From: Octopus vulgaris
Taxonomy: Eukaryota
Assembly (NCBI GenBank): GCA_951406725.2
Contig: OX597817.1
Location: forward strand, 67,208,001-67,272,000
Reading direction: 5' to 3'
Length of the DNA stretch: 64,000 bases
Each line of letters starts with the position of its first letter. Position 1 is the first letter of the stretch. The notes below the pieces were generated by a model. The model was not told the DNA's origin. It made no database searches and saw only the letters and a list, made by a program, of their open reading frames with translations. Below, in pieces: positions 14,344 through 27,162 of this stretch. Position numbers and translations under genes: made by a program.

Positions 14344-14523
14344 AATATATACATACGTACATACATACATTCATACATACATATATACATACAATGTAAT
14401 ATTGCACCTTCTCCATAAGGCGTGGAGGCGTAGGAGGACCGTTTAAAAATGTGTTTTGGAACGTTTTCCACAACTATGCAGACTCCTTGATCTTAAATCA
14501 ATATATGGCTTATTTATTCTGTG

Positions 14524-14908
14524 ACTAGCAGTATCGCCCGGCGTTGCTCAGGTTTGTAAGGGAAATAACTATAAAGCATTTTTAGAGAGTTATAGCCAAA
14601 AAATAGCAAAAAAATGGAAAAAAAATGATGGTAAATTTTTTTTTGAGAGTTAAAAAAGGTGGAGTTGCGTCCCCTAGACGGTCTGTGGTTTGGGTTTCTG
14701 ATTCTCGACCCCATGTCGAATTTATCGATTTTTTTCAGAACTGGGGGAACTTTTCAAAATTTTCGCTGCGTTAGTTTTGAATTATGACATTGGGCTATGT
14801 GTGTGTCAAGTTTCATCAGAATCGGTTGAAAGCCGTGGTCAGAGTGAGGGTACGAGAAAACAGACACACAGAAAACGCACAGACAAACTGCCGTTTATAT
14901 AGAGAGAT
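14524..14908 (-). mobile_element. Non-autonomous Helitron
   Basis: Minus strand begins a|TCtctctatataaac and ends with a GC-rich subterminal hairpin plus CTAG|t. Same termini as 50449-50838. Confidence 0.7.
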
Positions 14909-15457
14909 AAATGAGTGAAGTGCCTTTTTCTCTTCCAACGTAGCATTATTCAGACAGGATTATAAGATATATATTACACCATGCAGAATTTAGCTTTTAC
15001 GATCATGGCTGATACTGATAATAACAATATGAATATCGATACCAACACAAGCAGCACTATGATACCTATATGTTAAAACAACGTAAGTACTCTTCTCACT
15101 TCACTTGCTCTTCACAGTTAAATCATGATTTACTCTTGTTCTATAAAATAGCCCAAATTGACTTTTCTGTTGGCTATATGAACCACTTAAAAAGTGCTAG
15201 GACCTACGTCACCTAAACAGAAAATATTTTACGAAAAAACAATTTCGGCAGCATCTTTGACCGTAGGTCTGCTGTTTTATGATTTGCCTGCAAGCAAACA
15301 ACACTAACGGAATAATTAGAAAAAATTATAATGCTTCTGCCTAGAATGTTTTCTTTTACGAGAAAAACTTGTAACAAGTTGAGACCTACTATATCTTTAT
15401 GGTCTGTTTAGGGGATCACAAAGTTTCGTATCGTTAATTTCAAATCATTTATATTCA

Positions 15458-15872
15458 TAGGCGCAGGAGTGGCTGTGTGGTAAGTAGCTTGCTTACCAGC
15501 CACATGGTTCCGGTTCAGTCCTACTGCGTGGCACCTTGGGCAAGTGTCTTCTACTATAGCCTCGGGCCGACCAAAGCCTTGTGAGTGGATTTGGTAGACG
15601 GAAACTGAAAAGAAGCCGGTCGTATATATGTGTATGTATATATATGTGTGTGTGTGTGTTTGTGTGTCTGTGTTTGCCCCCCGCCAATATTGCTTGACAA
15701 CCGATGCTGGTGTGTTTACGTCCCTGTAACTTAGCGGTTCGGCAAAAAGAGACCGATAGCATAAGTACTAGGCTTACAAAGAATAAGTCCTGGGGTCGAT
15801 TTGGTCGATTAAAGGCGGTGATCCAGCATGGCAGCAGTCAAATGACTGAAACAAGTAAAAGAATAAAAGAGT
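15458..15872 (+). mobile_element. SINE family A, full length
   Basis: Near-identical to 11346-11790. Confidence 0.9.
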
Positions 15873-15883
15873 ATTCTTCTACA

Positions 15884-16400
15884 TACAAGGTGTATTCCAG
15901 AAGTTTATAGACTTTTTCAGGATAAATATTTATTAATTTCATAGAAATACAAAACTCTAAACCCCTTCAAAGTAAGATGCCCTGACTTCAGAGTAAGGCT
16001 ATCCTGGATCCTTGTTACGGCCTCCTTCAGTCTGGAGAACAACCAAAAGTCACAAGGAGTAAGGCCTGAACTGTAGGGAAGCTGAAGGACAGTTTTGATG
16101 TCCTTCTCTGTCAAATAGTTGGTTACCAGGATGCTTGTCATTGAGCACCGTGAGAATAAACTTTGCACATGTTCATATCTTCATGAATTATTCTGTGCGA
16201 GGTTGCCACACCAACTTCATACTATGCGTATTGTCTTTATAGACACACGACAGTCTTCGTTCAGAAAATTACCAATTTTCTCAACAGCTTTGATGTTCTG
16301 ACGTCCCTCTCCCTTCCACTCCTCTTATCATGTCTCACCTCCTCTCTACCGTCCTTGAACCTCTGGTGCCTGTGAAAAAAATTAGTCAATGGGTAGTCTG
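15884..16400 (-). mobile_element. mariner transposon remnant
   Basis: QLPYSSGLTPCDFWLFSRLKE (YSPDLAPCDF motif); TIR-like tacaaggtgtattccagaagttt at the left end. Confidence 0.75.
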
Positions 16401-16739
16401 GAACATTCCTTTAAAAATAATTACCTTTAGGCTCTGCTAACTTATGAATTTAAATTATCATTTTAGGATAAAGATGGTTTCTTTTTTCCATTAATCAAAC
16501 GAATTGATAACATATGAAGCTACCATAGGGATGGTAATTTGATATTTAGTGTACTCAATGCCATGAATGGGTAGAAAGGATCAAGTAGAATGTGGCACAG
16601 TAGTTAATGTTGTCACACTACAGTTAAAGAAAATTATTTGTTATTGCGAAGTAAAATATGCTGTATTACGCGATCATCTTCAACGGGGTTCAACTTGAAT
16701 ATTGCCTGTATTCAATTTAATCATATTATTTTAGTCTGG

Positions 16740-17085
16740 AAAATCGTTAAGGAGACGGAAATATGCCTTGCGGTTTTTATTGTCCCTTCATGTTGAGTTC
16801 ACATCCCGTCAGGGACGAAAAATAATTGCCAGTTGAGTATTGGGTTCGATGTAGTCGGCTAGCTCCCCTCCCTAAACTATCAAGCCTTGTGCCTGAAGTA
16901 GAAAGGCAAAAAAAAACGAGTTCTACCGAGTCAAGTTTACCTTCCATCCTCCCAGAGTCGATAAACTAAAGTACCAATGCTTTATTTTTGGTAGAAAAGG
17001 AGACATTTTAAGGGAAAAGGGTTAACCCATGATATTGACTAAATCACTTCCCTCAAAATCACTGACCTTGTTCCAAACGTAGAAA
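16740..17085 (+). mobile_element. Two decayed SINE family B fragments
   Basis: Partial matches (gagttcacatcccg, ccttccatcctcccagagtcgataaa, ccttgtgcc..gtagaaa). Confidence 0.5.
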
Positions 17086-17768
17086 CAATTAATTTAGCCC
17101 GGCATTCTAACGTTTTTGCCATCTTATTGGCGTTGATGGTTAAATAATAAATGAATTAATTTTCCCTTTTTTGATAGAGGGTTAGAGCAACTCTAAACGT
17201 TATTCGTTTTACGTAAAATCAAATAGTGGAGGGAAATATATTTATTGAAGATTTACGAATAAATAATTCGATAATAATGCACTAAACTAACCCCAAAAAA
17301 CTAGTGCTAAAAGTACGTCATGCGTGATTAATAGTTCTGAGATAAATAAATTAAATCTTAAGTGTAAATCAATCTATATTGACAATGAATTATTGATAAG
17401 CAAGGAAACAAATAAAATATAAACATGAAACGAAATGAGAATAATAATCATAAGAAATAAATTAGTACACAAAAGGAAATGACTGAAAAAAGATAGGAAC
17501 TAATTCCGAATGTGTGAAGCTAATAGAAGCTAATGGAGTGAGTGCATTGTGTGGTAGAGGTCTTGGTGATGGAATGATTTGAAAAACTTGGGAGTTAGAT
17601 CTGTGTCAGTTTGAATTTAGAAATTTGTTCAAAAACAAACTCGCTATTGCGTCTTGTACTGTGTAAATTTAGCTCCGTTTTGTTCAAATTCATTTTTGTT
17701 ATTTTGTTTCAATTCATCGTTTAAACGTTCTTTTTTTTTCGTTTTAGCTTTATAATTTTAATACCAAG

Positions 17769-17812
<44 letters not shown>

Positions 17813-19711
17813 CATTATTATTATCATTATGATTGTGTTGTTTACCTTAGTGGTTGGTTTAGTGCGTATGGGGGGAAAAAAGCACACAACAACGTTTGTG
17901 TGCTTCTTTCCAACTTCAACATCCTATATCTGTCTGGTCTCCTTTAAACCATCAAACTGCCGGGATCCAACCTTGCTCGTGGCCTTGTCTTGTCAACAAA
18001 CTTACATTTTATCTGCAAATAAATGTCAACGCTGTGAAGTCCAAACAGCTTTTTCTAGATGTGCAAATCTTCACACATATTCTTTGTGTTATTTAAAAAG
18101 CAAGAAAAAAGACTGTGAGAGAGAGAAAGTTAGCGAAGTTTACGTCATATATATATATACGTGTGTATGTATATATGTATATTTATGTATGTATTATCTA
18201 TCTATGTGTGTTCGCGCACATACGCACACACACAAACGCGCTCGCACACACACACACACACACACACACATATGCGTTCTTGTATTTTGTATATGATAAC
18301 AAGAGCCGCATTGACATCACAGAAATATTTAGACATATTATAAATGGTATTGAAACAGGCAACTTTTAGTGAACAGTCATCTCTTTTGACAAATGTAAAT
18401 GTAATGAAAATGGTTGTAATACTATTCTCTGTTTTAATTATAAATTCCATCGTACATCATATGACGTAATTTATAATGAGTATGCAAAGTTAGTCTGGGA
18501 ATAATGAAGTTAATGAAAATACGTGCTCAAAAACTAGACCACCATTTCTTTGAATCTTCTTGAACTATATGATGCCTGGATTAGATTTAGAAACTTATAT
18601 AGAGGTTATGTAACGTTTAGAGTTTGATGGTGAGAAGACAATGACTGTAAACAAATATATCTTTTACTATCTGGATCGAGATAATGCCTTACATTAAAAG
18701 CCTCATTGCGAAAGTACGTCACACACGTTAGCAGTATACTTGAACAATAAGTATTTGTGAACATTTCCTGTACACCGATGCAAACTTTATGAATTCTTTA
18801 TTAGTGTTTTCTTCCATATTGATTCAGCATTGTGGAATACTATTAGCTAATGTGTACTTCGTATTTTTAAAAAGGTAAGGTTTGAATTGAGGGGAGTTTC
18901 GCTGCAAATGCAAATAGGTTGAGTGATTTGTTAGCAGCAGTAGTAGTTCTAGATATCGCTGTCGCCGTAGTTGTGGTTATTATCGTCGTTGTTGTTGCTA
19001 TTGTTGTTCTAGTTGCCGTTGTTATTGTTGTTGATGCTCTGGGTTGTTGTTGTTGTTGCTGTTCTTATTGGTTGAACTCACGCCAGCTCAGATAAAGTAT
19101 GCCTATGATGAAATGTGTTCAAGCCGTGGTCATATAAGACCAAGTGGGTTGTGATTTGAAGGGAATTTGGCTGCTATTTCTAGCATTTCAGTCGACAATG
19201 TAGAAGCCATTTCATCGGTTCATCAGTAATAGACTAAGTTTCAAGAAGTTGCAATAATTCAAGAAATAATAATCACAGGTAACAACATCCAGCGACACAT
19301 TATGTCTAGGCCATCAAGCTTTCCCTTTAACCATAGAAATCACGTGATTTTCAATTCCTAGGAGTGAACATCTCTAAGGAAGTAAATATATTTCTTCTTG
19401 AATTTTAAAGAAGAGAGAAAAGGTATCGGTTACACGTATTTTACTATTTTTAAAAAGTTCAACAGAGTAGAACTAAGTGTATCGAATCACAAGACCAGTA
19501 GGTAGTAATGATATACTAAGTGTATCGAATCACAAGACCAGTAGGTAGTAATGAGTAGTGTCGATACCTCTTTGTAGCATGTAAGCGGTTAAGGATTACA
19601 ACAGTTTGTAAATTTGAATATCTATACACGAAGCGATTATATTTCTTTGCGAAGAAACATGATCAACTATAAGCTATGACTATGTTATTATTTGCATTAT
19701 TTCACACAGTT

Positions 19712-20140
19712 AAGGTGGTGAACTGGCAGAATCGTTAGCACGCTTGACAAAACCCTTAGCCGATTTCGTCTGTGCTTAAGTTCAAATTCCGCTTAGGTCG
19801 ACTTTGCCTTAGCCTTTCGGGGTCGATTAAATAAGTACCAGTTACACCCTGGGGTCGATATAATCGACTTACACACTCCCCCACTACAAATATCAGGCCT
19901 TGTGCCTTTTGTAGAAAGGATTATTTCACACAGTTAGGCGGCAAATTGGCAGAATCGTTAGCACACCGGGCAAAATGCCGCTAAGCATTTTGCCCTGGCA
20001 TTTCACCTGTCTTCAAATTTTGAGTTCAAATTCCGCCGAGAGCGACTTTGCCATTTTTACCAGTTGAGTACTGAGGTTGGTGTAATCGACTTACCTCTCT
20101 CACCGAAATCGCTAGCCTTGTGCCAAAAATTGAAATCATT
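19712..20140 (+). mobile_element. Two tandem tRNA-derived SINE family B copies
   Basis: Each begins ggYggNNaaYtggcagaatcgttagcac, has a gttcaaattcc B-box and a gccttgtgcc tail; attatttcacaca flanks both copies. Confidence 0.85.
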
Positions 20141-20339
20141 ATTTCACACACTTGAAGAACAGAACTTAAATATATATTTGAAAACTTATTTCGCTTCTTG
20201 CGATCAGACAATAAAAGCGTTTATGGTTCTTACTGAAGACAGGACTAATTCTAATTAATGATTAAGCATTTTGACTATCATACTTTGAAGAAGTATATTT
20301 TATTACAGTATCTTTATCTTTAGTTTTCACGTGTTTTAA

Positions 20340-20770
20340 TTGACAACCGGTGTTTGTTTGTTGTTTGTTTGTTTGTTTGTTTACCTCCCCGTAACTTGGC
20401 ATTTCGGCAAGAGACCAATAGAACAAGTACCAGAGTTAAAATAAGTACTAGGGTCGATTTGTTCGACTAAGCCCTTCAAAACGGTTTCCCACCCTAGTAC
20501 TTATTTTAACTCTGGTACTTGTTCTATTGGTCTCTTGCCGAAATGTCAAGTAACGGGAAGGTAAACAAACAAACACCGGTTGTCAAGCAGTGGGGTTGGG
20601 ACAAATACAAAGACAAACACACATATAGGAGGCTTCCACACAGTTTCCGTGTACCAGATTCACTCACAAAGTATTGTTCGACTCGCGGCTATAATAGGAG
20701 TCACTTGTCTCAGTGAGATTGAGCCCGAAACCACATGGTTGCAAAACAAGGTTCTTAACCACAGAACCAC
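20340..20770 (-). mobile_element. SINE family A, 3' part rearranged into a fold-back
   Basis: Head at ~20770 on minus strand; 20340-20454 is the inverted copy of 20491-20586. Confidence 0.8.
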
Positions 20771-21604
20771 ATCGAATATGATCAGAGTAAATTTTTCTTT
20801 TTAATTAAAATTCTTTTCCAACAAGGCAGGAAGCAACCAATAATAAAATAGGATCAAATAGACGATAATCAAGCATTTAGTGCGTTAGAAGTTACAAAAG
20901 TAAAGGTAAGAAAAATGTCTAATGAAATGTTGACCTAAGAATCATAAAATATTTAACCTAAGATTTAAAAGACTTACGAGTATGTTTATCTGGCAAAGGA
21001 GAGAGTTTCTCAACTGAGCTGCTTAGAGAAAAAGAGAATAATAGCATAAAAACACTTTTTACAACAAGAGTGAAAGAATGAAAGTTAGCAGAAAGGCTAG
21101 TTACTTCATTTTACCTTAACCCTTTGCCTATCTAAAGCATTTTCATAAGTCTTTCTTAAACGTCCATGCTTGGTTTCAGACTTTTAGTTAGCCCTTGTTT
21201 CTTACAGTTTAAAGCTTTCCCTTTAAAGTCCCAAGTCACATTACTGGTTGAAAAGAAATCGAGAATGTATATCATACAGGAAGCATGGACGCCAGGGAAA
21301 TATGTCTTGGGTATCAAATGTGATATTCAGGTCAGGCAAAGGATTAAGAGAAGTTCGGTACAAGAACGACCATGGAATTATATATCGAACTGAAACAAAG
21401 TAGCGATGTTCCACTGATGCGAAAGGTTTTGAAATCTAGTTACTGAAAATAAAAAATAGCGTGTTTAGAATACGAATAAAGGTAAACGAATGTAAAAGGG
21501 AACTTAATAAATTAACAATAGTAGTCGAGAATGTATTAAATAAAATCGATGTCAAGAGGGAGTAGTTCTTGAAATGAAGATATCTAATATTTGTAGTCAA
21601 GAAG

Positions 21605-21745
21605 GGATCGAGCTGGCAGGATCGTCAGCACGACGCGCAAAATGTTTAGCACAATTTCGTCTACCTCTATGTTCTGAGTTCAAATCCCACGGAGGTCAAC
21701 TTTGCTTTTTATTCTTTTGAAATTGATAAAACAAGTATCAGTAGC
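21605..21745 (+). mobile_element. SINE family B, partial
   Basis: gagctggcaggatcgtcagcacg...gttctgagttcaaatcccacggaggtcaactttg. Confidence 0.7.
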
Positions 21746-22249
21746 AAAATGCATTTCCTAACACACCACGCCTTCTCGAAAAAAAAAAAAAGAAAAAAAA
21801 AGAACATATTGGATGTTATAGTCTAATATAAAGTATTTCTGAAAAGGTAAGGTGATCATGGCTAGATAGCCTTTAATTATAAGTCTACTCCATCAGAGCT
21901 ATGTGAAGCTAAACAAGAAAACAACTGCAACAATAACAACAGCAGCAATGGCACCAATGGTTTTCAAAATGTAGCAACGAAAAAATTGGTACATAAAGCC
22001 TTTTTAGAGGGTTTAAAGCTTTAGATAGAAACCACTTTAAAATGGAATAACTCAGTGGAAGCACTTCATCTATCTACTTCATAATCATAGTAGTGATGCA
22101 AAACATGGTTCAGGTGTACTCAGCTATTGTTCCATACCTGAGTTTCAGAGGTCCACGGCGAGTTTTAGAAGATCATAGATGTCACTGATTATTCACATAA
22201 GATATTCTAAAATCAAAAATCATTTAAAAGTAAATTTACGCGCATCTTT

Positions 22250-22635
22250 ACCTTTTACTTGCTTCAGTCATTGGACTACGGCCATACTGGGTCACAGCCT
22301 TGAAGAGATTGTACTTGAACAAATGGAGCCCATTACTTACGCTTGTTTTATTTTTTAAAAGTCTAATACTTATTCTATCGGTCATTTTTGCCGATCTGCT
22401 AAATTATGGGGACGTAAGCAAACCAACGGCGGTTGTCAAGTTATGGTGGGGGACATACACAGGTCAAAGACACGCACGCGCATGCGCACACATACACACA
22501 TGCGACAGGCTTCCAAACAGTTTCCGTCTACCAAATTCACTCACGCGGTACTGGTTGACCCGGGGTTACTAGTCCAAGGTGCCGTGCAATGAGATTGCAC
22601 TGGAAACTGTGTGGTTGCAATGCGAGCTTTTAAAT
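22250..22635 (-). mobile_element. SINE family A, diverged
   Basis: Matches reverse complement of the family A tail, body and head. Confidence 0.75.
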
Positions 22636-23646
22636 CACACAGCTATGCTTGCACCATGAAGTTCTTCATTTCAAATATCCATGCCTCACCGTGATCAGAG
22701 GGTGAATTAACTGAGTCTTCAGCGTGTAAGATAGAATGCTTCACCGTATTTGTTGCGATCCTCTGTACTCTGAATTCAAGTCCCACCGAGGCCAATTTTG
22801 CTTTTTACTCTTTTGGGAGCATCGGTCATGATGTTTTGCGGTATTTGTTCCTGCTTTGTCGATTGTGAATTCAAACTCAGTCCTTTCGCCGTTCAGTGGA
22901 GAAACCTCTATCCGATGTTCCCACCAACGGATTGTAACTATCAGTAATTTGCAAAATCAATGGAATTGTAGTTTCCTCGGTTTGATCGAAGGATCAATTA
23001 TTTGTTGTTACATAAAATATTTTAAAGTAAATTTTTAATCAGTGGTCCCTAAAGTTTCTCCGTGAATTTCGTGAAGCACCTTCTAGAAAAGTTATATGTC
23101 AATCACAGTTAAATGAATGATTAAATTTCCCATTCACGATTTTGTTAACACTTTGAATTTTTAATATAACTGCTTAACCACTGATTTGTGAAAGAAGGGA
23201 TATATTCAGTTCAATCAAAGCGTATACTTTAAATATGGCTACATATATAACTAGCTTAAAAGTCGCACTCCGTGCAGACTTTTACACTAGCTCCTGCGGA
23301 GGGCTAATTGGACGGAGGCCAAATTGAATTCCAACTACTGGTCAGTTTGTCCCCAAGTTATTATCTCGACGTTAAATTAACGAAGCTAATGTCATTTATC
23401 TCCGTCTTAATCTCTGACGTAATCTCACAAACGCCAACCAAGATGGCGTGAATCAGTCAAGCTTTACCTACTAGAAATAGCAACCCAAATACTATTAAAT
23501 CAGATCCCAATGCTTGAGGTTTAAGAACCAGATGAAGGGCAGATTCTCAGTCTTGGGATCATCCTGATTCCAAGAAGGTATACGTCTATGTTGAGCAAAA
23601 GTAGAATGAGATACAAGAGTCTCATAAAAACAGAATTTCGCTTTTA

Positions 23647-23704
<58 letters not shown>

Positions 23705-23708
<4 letters not shown>

Positions 23709-24120
23709 CGCAGGAGTGGGTGTGTGGTAAGTAGCTTGCTAACCAACCACATGGTTGCGGGTTCAGTCCCACTGCGTGACATCTTGGGCAAGTGTCTTCT
23801 GCTATAGCCCCGGGCCGACCAATGCCTTGTGAGTGGATTTGGTAGACGGAAACTGAAAGAAGCCTGTCGTATATATGTGTATATATATATATGTGTGTGT
23901 GTGTTTGTGTGTCTGTGTTTGTCCCACTAGCATTGCTTGACAACCGATGCTGGTGTGTTTACGTCCCCGTCACTTAGTGGTTCGGCAAAAGAGACCGATA
24001 GAATAAGTGCTAGGCTTACAAACAATAAGTCCCGGGGTCGATTTGCTCGACTAAAAGGCGGTGCTCCAGCATGGCCGCAGTCAAATGACTGAAACAAGTA
24101 AAAGAGTAAAAGAGTAAAGA

Positions 24121-24122
<2 letters not shown>
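23705..24122 (+). mobile_element. SINE family A, full length, inserted in (TA)n
   Basis: Near-identical to 11346-11790. Confidence 0.9.
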
Positions 24123-24164
<42 letters not shown>

Positions 24165-24165
<1 letters not shown>

Positions 24166-24225
24166 TGATTTTTTGATTTTTCCAGTTTCAGCTAATGAGC
24201 TGTGGCCATGCTGGGGCACCGCCAT
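24165..24225 (-). mobile_element. Isolated CR1-type LINE 3' tail (also 43780-43850 on +)
   Basis: aatggcggtgccccagcatggccacagctcattagctgaaactggaaaaatcaaaa is identical in both copies. Confidence 0.7.
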
Positions 24226-24426
24226 TATATATAATACAGATATCTTAAATGTAATCGACTGGATCAAAATAACACCTTTCTTCTGTACTATGATATTTTA
24301 GACAGGGCTCCAATTTTGTTTTCGGAACATCATATCATTTACGAAGTTAGCGATATGCCTTGTTGAAAATGATTTAATATTATTCATAAATCAACCGCAC
24401 TATGTTGTACAGAGTAACGTTAAAAA

Positions 24427-24751
24427 AAAGGTAATCCTTATATCCAACTTAACGAGGATATCTTGTTAGATCACTGAATACTGCGTTATTAGCCTTGAGA
24501 GAGCCTCTCATATAGGCGTTTGGTGCATAAAAGCGCACACATAGATCGTAGCCGATGAGAATCGTCTACCCAGTAGACTGAAATAGCGTGACATGGGAGT
24601 TCCGGCGTCCATAACACATACGTCAGCTACGATCTAAGTGTGTGCTTTTTTGCACCAAAGGCCTATATGAGAAAATCACCCAGGGCTAACAACGCAGAAT
24701 TCGGAGTTCTAATAAGACATCCACGTTAAGATGGATATAAGAATTGCCTTT
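24427..24751. repeat. Imperfect long inverted repeat (~130-bp arms, ~60-bp spacer); fold-back MITE
   Basis: 24427-24558 pairs with 24621-24751 (cttatatcca/tggatataag, ctcatataggc/gcctatatgag, gatcgtagc/gctacgatc). Confidence 0.85.
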
Positions 24752-24954
24752 GGCACTAGTACTGCTTCCGTTGCTAATGATTAAATATTAAAAAAAAATC
24801 AATGCAGTTGAAACTGATAGCTTTATCGGAAGTCCGGAATATAGTTAGGGTATAATCAGCAACATTATTTTATATTAGAGCTAAGAATGTTTTAAGCGTA
24901 TACACGTGTTTTAATCACATGAAAATGCTTTCATCCGCTGATTTCGTTGATTAA

Positions 24955-25260
24955 TGTATGTATGTATGTATGTATGTATGTATGTATGTATGTATGTATG
25001 TATGTATGTATGTATGTATGTATGTATGTCATTATTCAGTTTTATTTCGAAATTCCTTGCTAATAAAGAAAGAGTCGGTTTCTAACCTAAATCCAAGGCT
25101 TCCCCATTGGAATTTCAACATCAACAACAGCGTATGTATGTATGTATGTATGTATGTATGTATGTATGTATGTATGTATGTATGTATGTATGTATGTATG
25201 TATGTATGTATGTTATGTATGTATGTATGTATGTATGTTTGTGTATGTATGTATGTATGT
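24955..25260. repeat. (TATG)n microsatellites
   Basis: Directly visible, two blocks. Confidence 0.9.
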
Positions 25261-25344
25261 ATTTATACGTGCAGATTTGTATGTTTTATTTTATGTAAGT
25301 TTTCTCAAGTATATACCTGCACATCTAGACATGCTCATGTATAC

Positions 25345-25820
25345 TTAAATGATAAACGTTTGGAAACTTTTCCAGTGATGGTTTGGATCTGTAGTCTTCG
25401 AATCAGCTTTCTCCTTTCTGGTTTCGAGAAACCTAATTTCTCAAGATTGATACTTGGGCAGTGTTTTACATATTCCAGTGCCCCAATAATTACATGTATA
25501 AACTTGAACTTGTAATCTGGATAGAGTAACTACAGATTTCTCAATAGTTCAGCGTCAATATTCTCTTTTTCATTGTTCTTCAGCTTTATGTTAACATTTG
25601 CTGAGCAGCTGACTTCCACAAATGTATGCAGTTTCTCTTCTCTGTTTTAAATCATTATATCCGGTCTACTGTGGTTACATTTCATTGGGGTTTTCACTTG
25701 AACTTTCCACCAGCATTCCTTTTTATTATGAATGTCTATGGCTACTACCACACTGTGGGTTCTAAATGCTTTATCCTCGGGGCTATCCTTCCAACAGATC
25801 TTGTTATACAGTGCCCTGGT
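25345..25820 (-). mobile_element. R4/Dong-type LINE RLE endonuclease fragment
   Basis: ECWWKVQVKTPMKCNHSRPDIMI*..FVEVSCSANVNIKLKNNEKE..LLRNL*LLYPDYKFKFIHVIIGAL (PD..E RLE motif). Confidence 0.85.
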
Positions 25821-26028
25821 TGTGTTTGTATAATCACACACATACACACACGCGCGCGTGAATATGATGCATTCATGTATGCATGCAAATTAGAGGTGCG
25901 GGATGCAGCTTTAAATGGAATATAAGTGAATGCAATCCTATTTGATAAGTTCGTGTACACCTAGACGAAAGGCCTTCTCATGTCCGAGGGTACATGAAAC
26001 TGTTAAATATGATTGCACACACGGATGT

Positions 26029-26095
<67 letters not shown>

Positions 26096-26194
26096 TGCGT
26101 GAGTGTTTATGTATGCATGCATGTATGGATGCGTGTGTGTAATCCATATATAATATAAATAAAATATATGTGTATGCATATATACGTTCTCATT

Positions 26195-26244
<50 letters not shown>

Positions 26245-26429
26245 ATAAATATTAGGGAATAAATCCAAATTTACAGGGAAAAATCAGATTTAGGATTGAA
26301 TCCAATTTTATAGTAAAATATTGTATAATATTAATTAGAGACAAAACCACTATTTTGCAAATCAAACAAAGAAAGACTTAATCCAATACATAAAAAAAAT
26401 TTTATATAAATTAAATAAAATTAAATTCG

Positions 26430-26475
26430 CCACTACAATTGTTTCGTGTCTCTTCTAAGGACATTCATCAGGTGG
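26430..26475 (-). ncRNA. Minimal type-I hammerhead ribozyme (canonical core)
   Basis: ccac-CTGATGA-a-tgtc[cttagaaga]gaca-c-GAAA-caattg-TA-gtgg. Confidence 0.85.
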
Positions 26476-27121
26476 ATTTCAGATCTAAAAATAATCAATA
26501 TTTTTAAGATATAAATTTAAAATGACTAAAACTATAAATAATATAAATTTATCAATGAAAATATATATATATATATAATCTATATATAATCTATATATAA
26601 TCAATAACTAAAATAACCTCTATAAACAATTGAATATAAAGAAACCTAGTATTTAAGTTCTCATATTTATAGATGAAGAATCTAATTTCAAAAAACAAAA
26701 AATAAAAATAAAATATATATACACACATGCTCATACGCATATATCTAAGTATATATAAACATATCTAAATACATACACTAACTCACACACCCATATATAT
26801 ATCTCTATACATACACATAAACATCTAGGCAACGATAAATTAATAAAGTAGCCGTATACTTCTACACATTACTTATTCATACTCCCACACACACACATAC
26901 AATCCTCATTCATAAACACACTCACTCTGCATGACAACCACACATCCAGCAGCCGCATATACTCAACCACAACAACATAAACATTTCATTCTTAGCAAGA
27001 AACTACCAAATACCATATACCACATATATACAACAACCATACATAAATACTTAAAACAAACACACACCCACACATATTCCAAATACCACATGCATGCAAC
27101 AAACATACACAAATACGCAAA

Positions 27122-27162
<41 letters not shown>

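Noticed and set aside
19472-19553. ~43-bp tandem duplication (CRISPR-like at first glance)
   Set aside because: Only two adjacent units with no spacers, in eukaryotic DNA.
23390-23460. tgacgt and caagatggcg (CRE/YY1-like) motifs
   Set aside because: Two short motifs with no other promoter evidence.
24545-24630. ccgatgag..gtcta/tagac..tgaaa as a hammerhead in the hairpin spacer
   Set aside because: No stem III or UH next to stem I; geometry does not fit.
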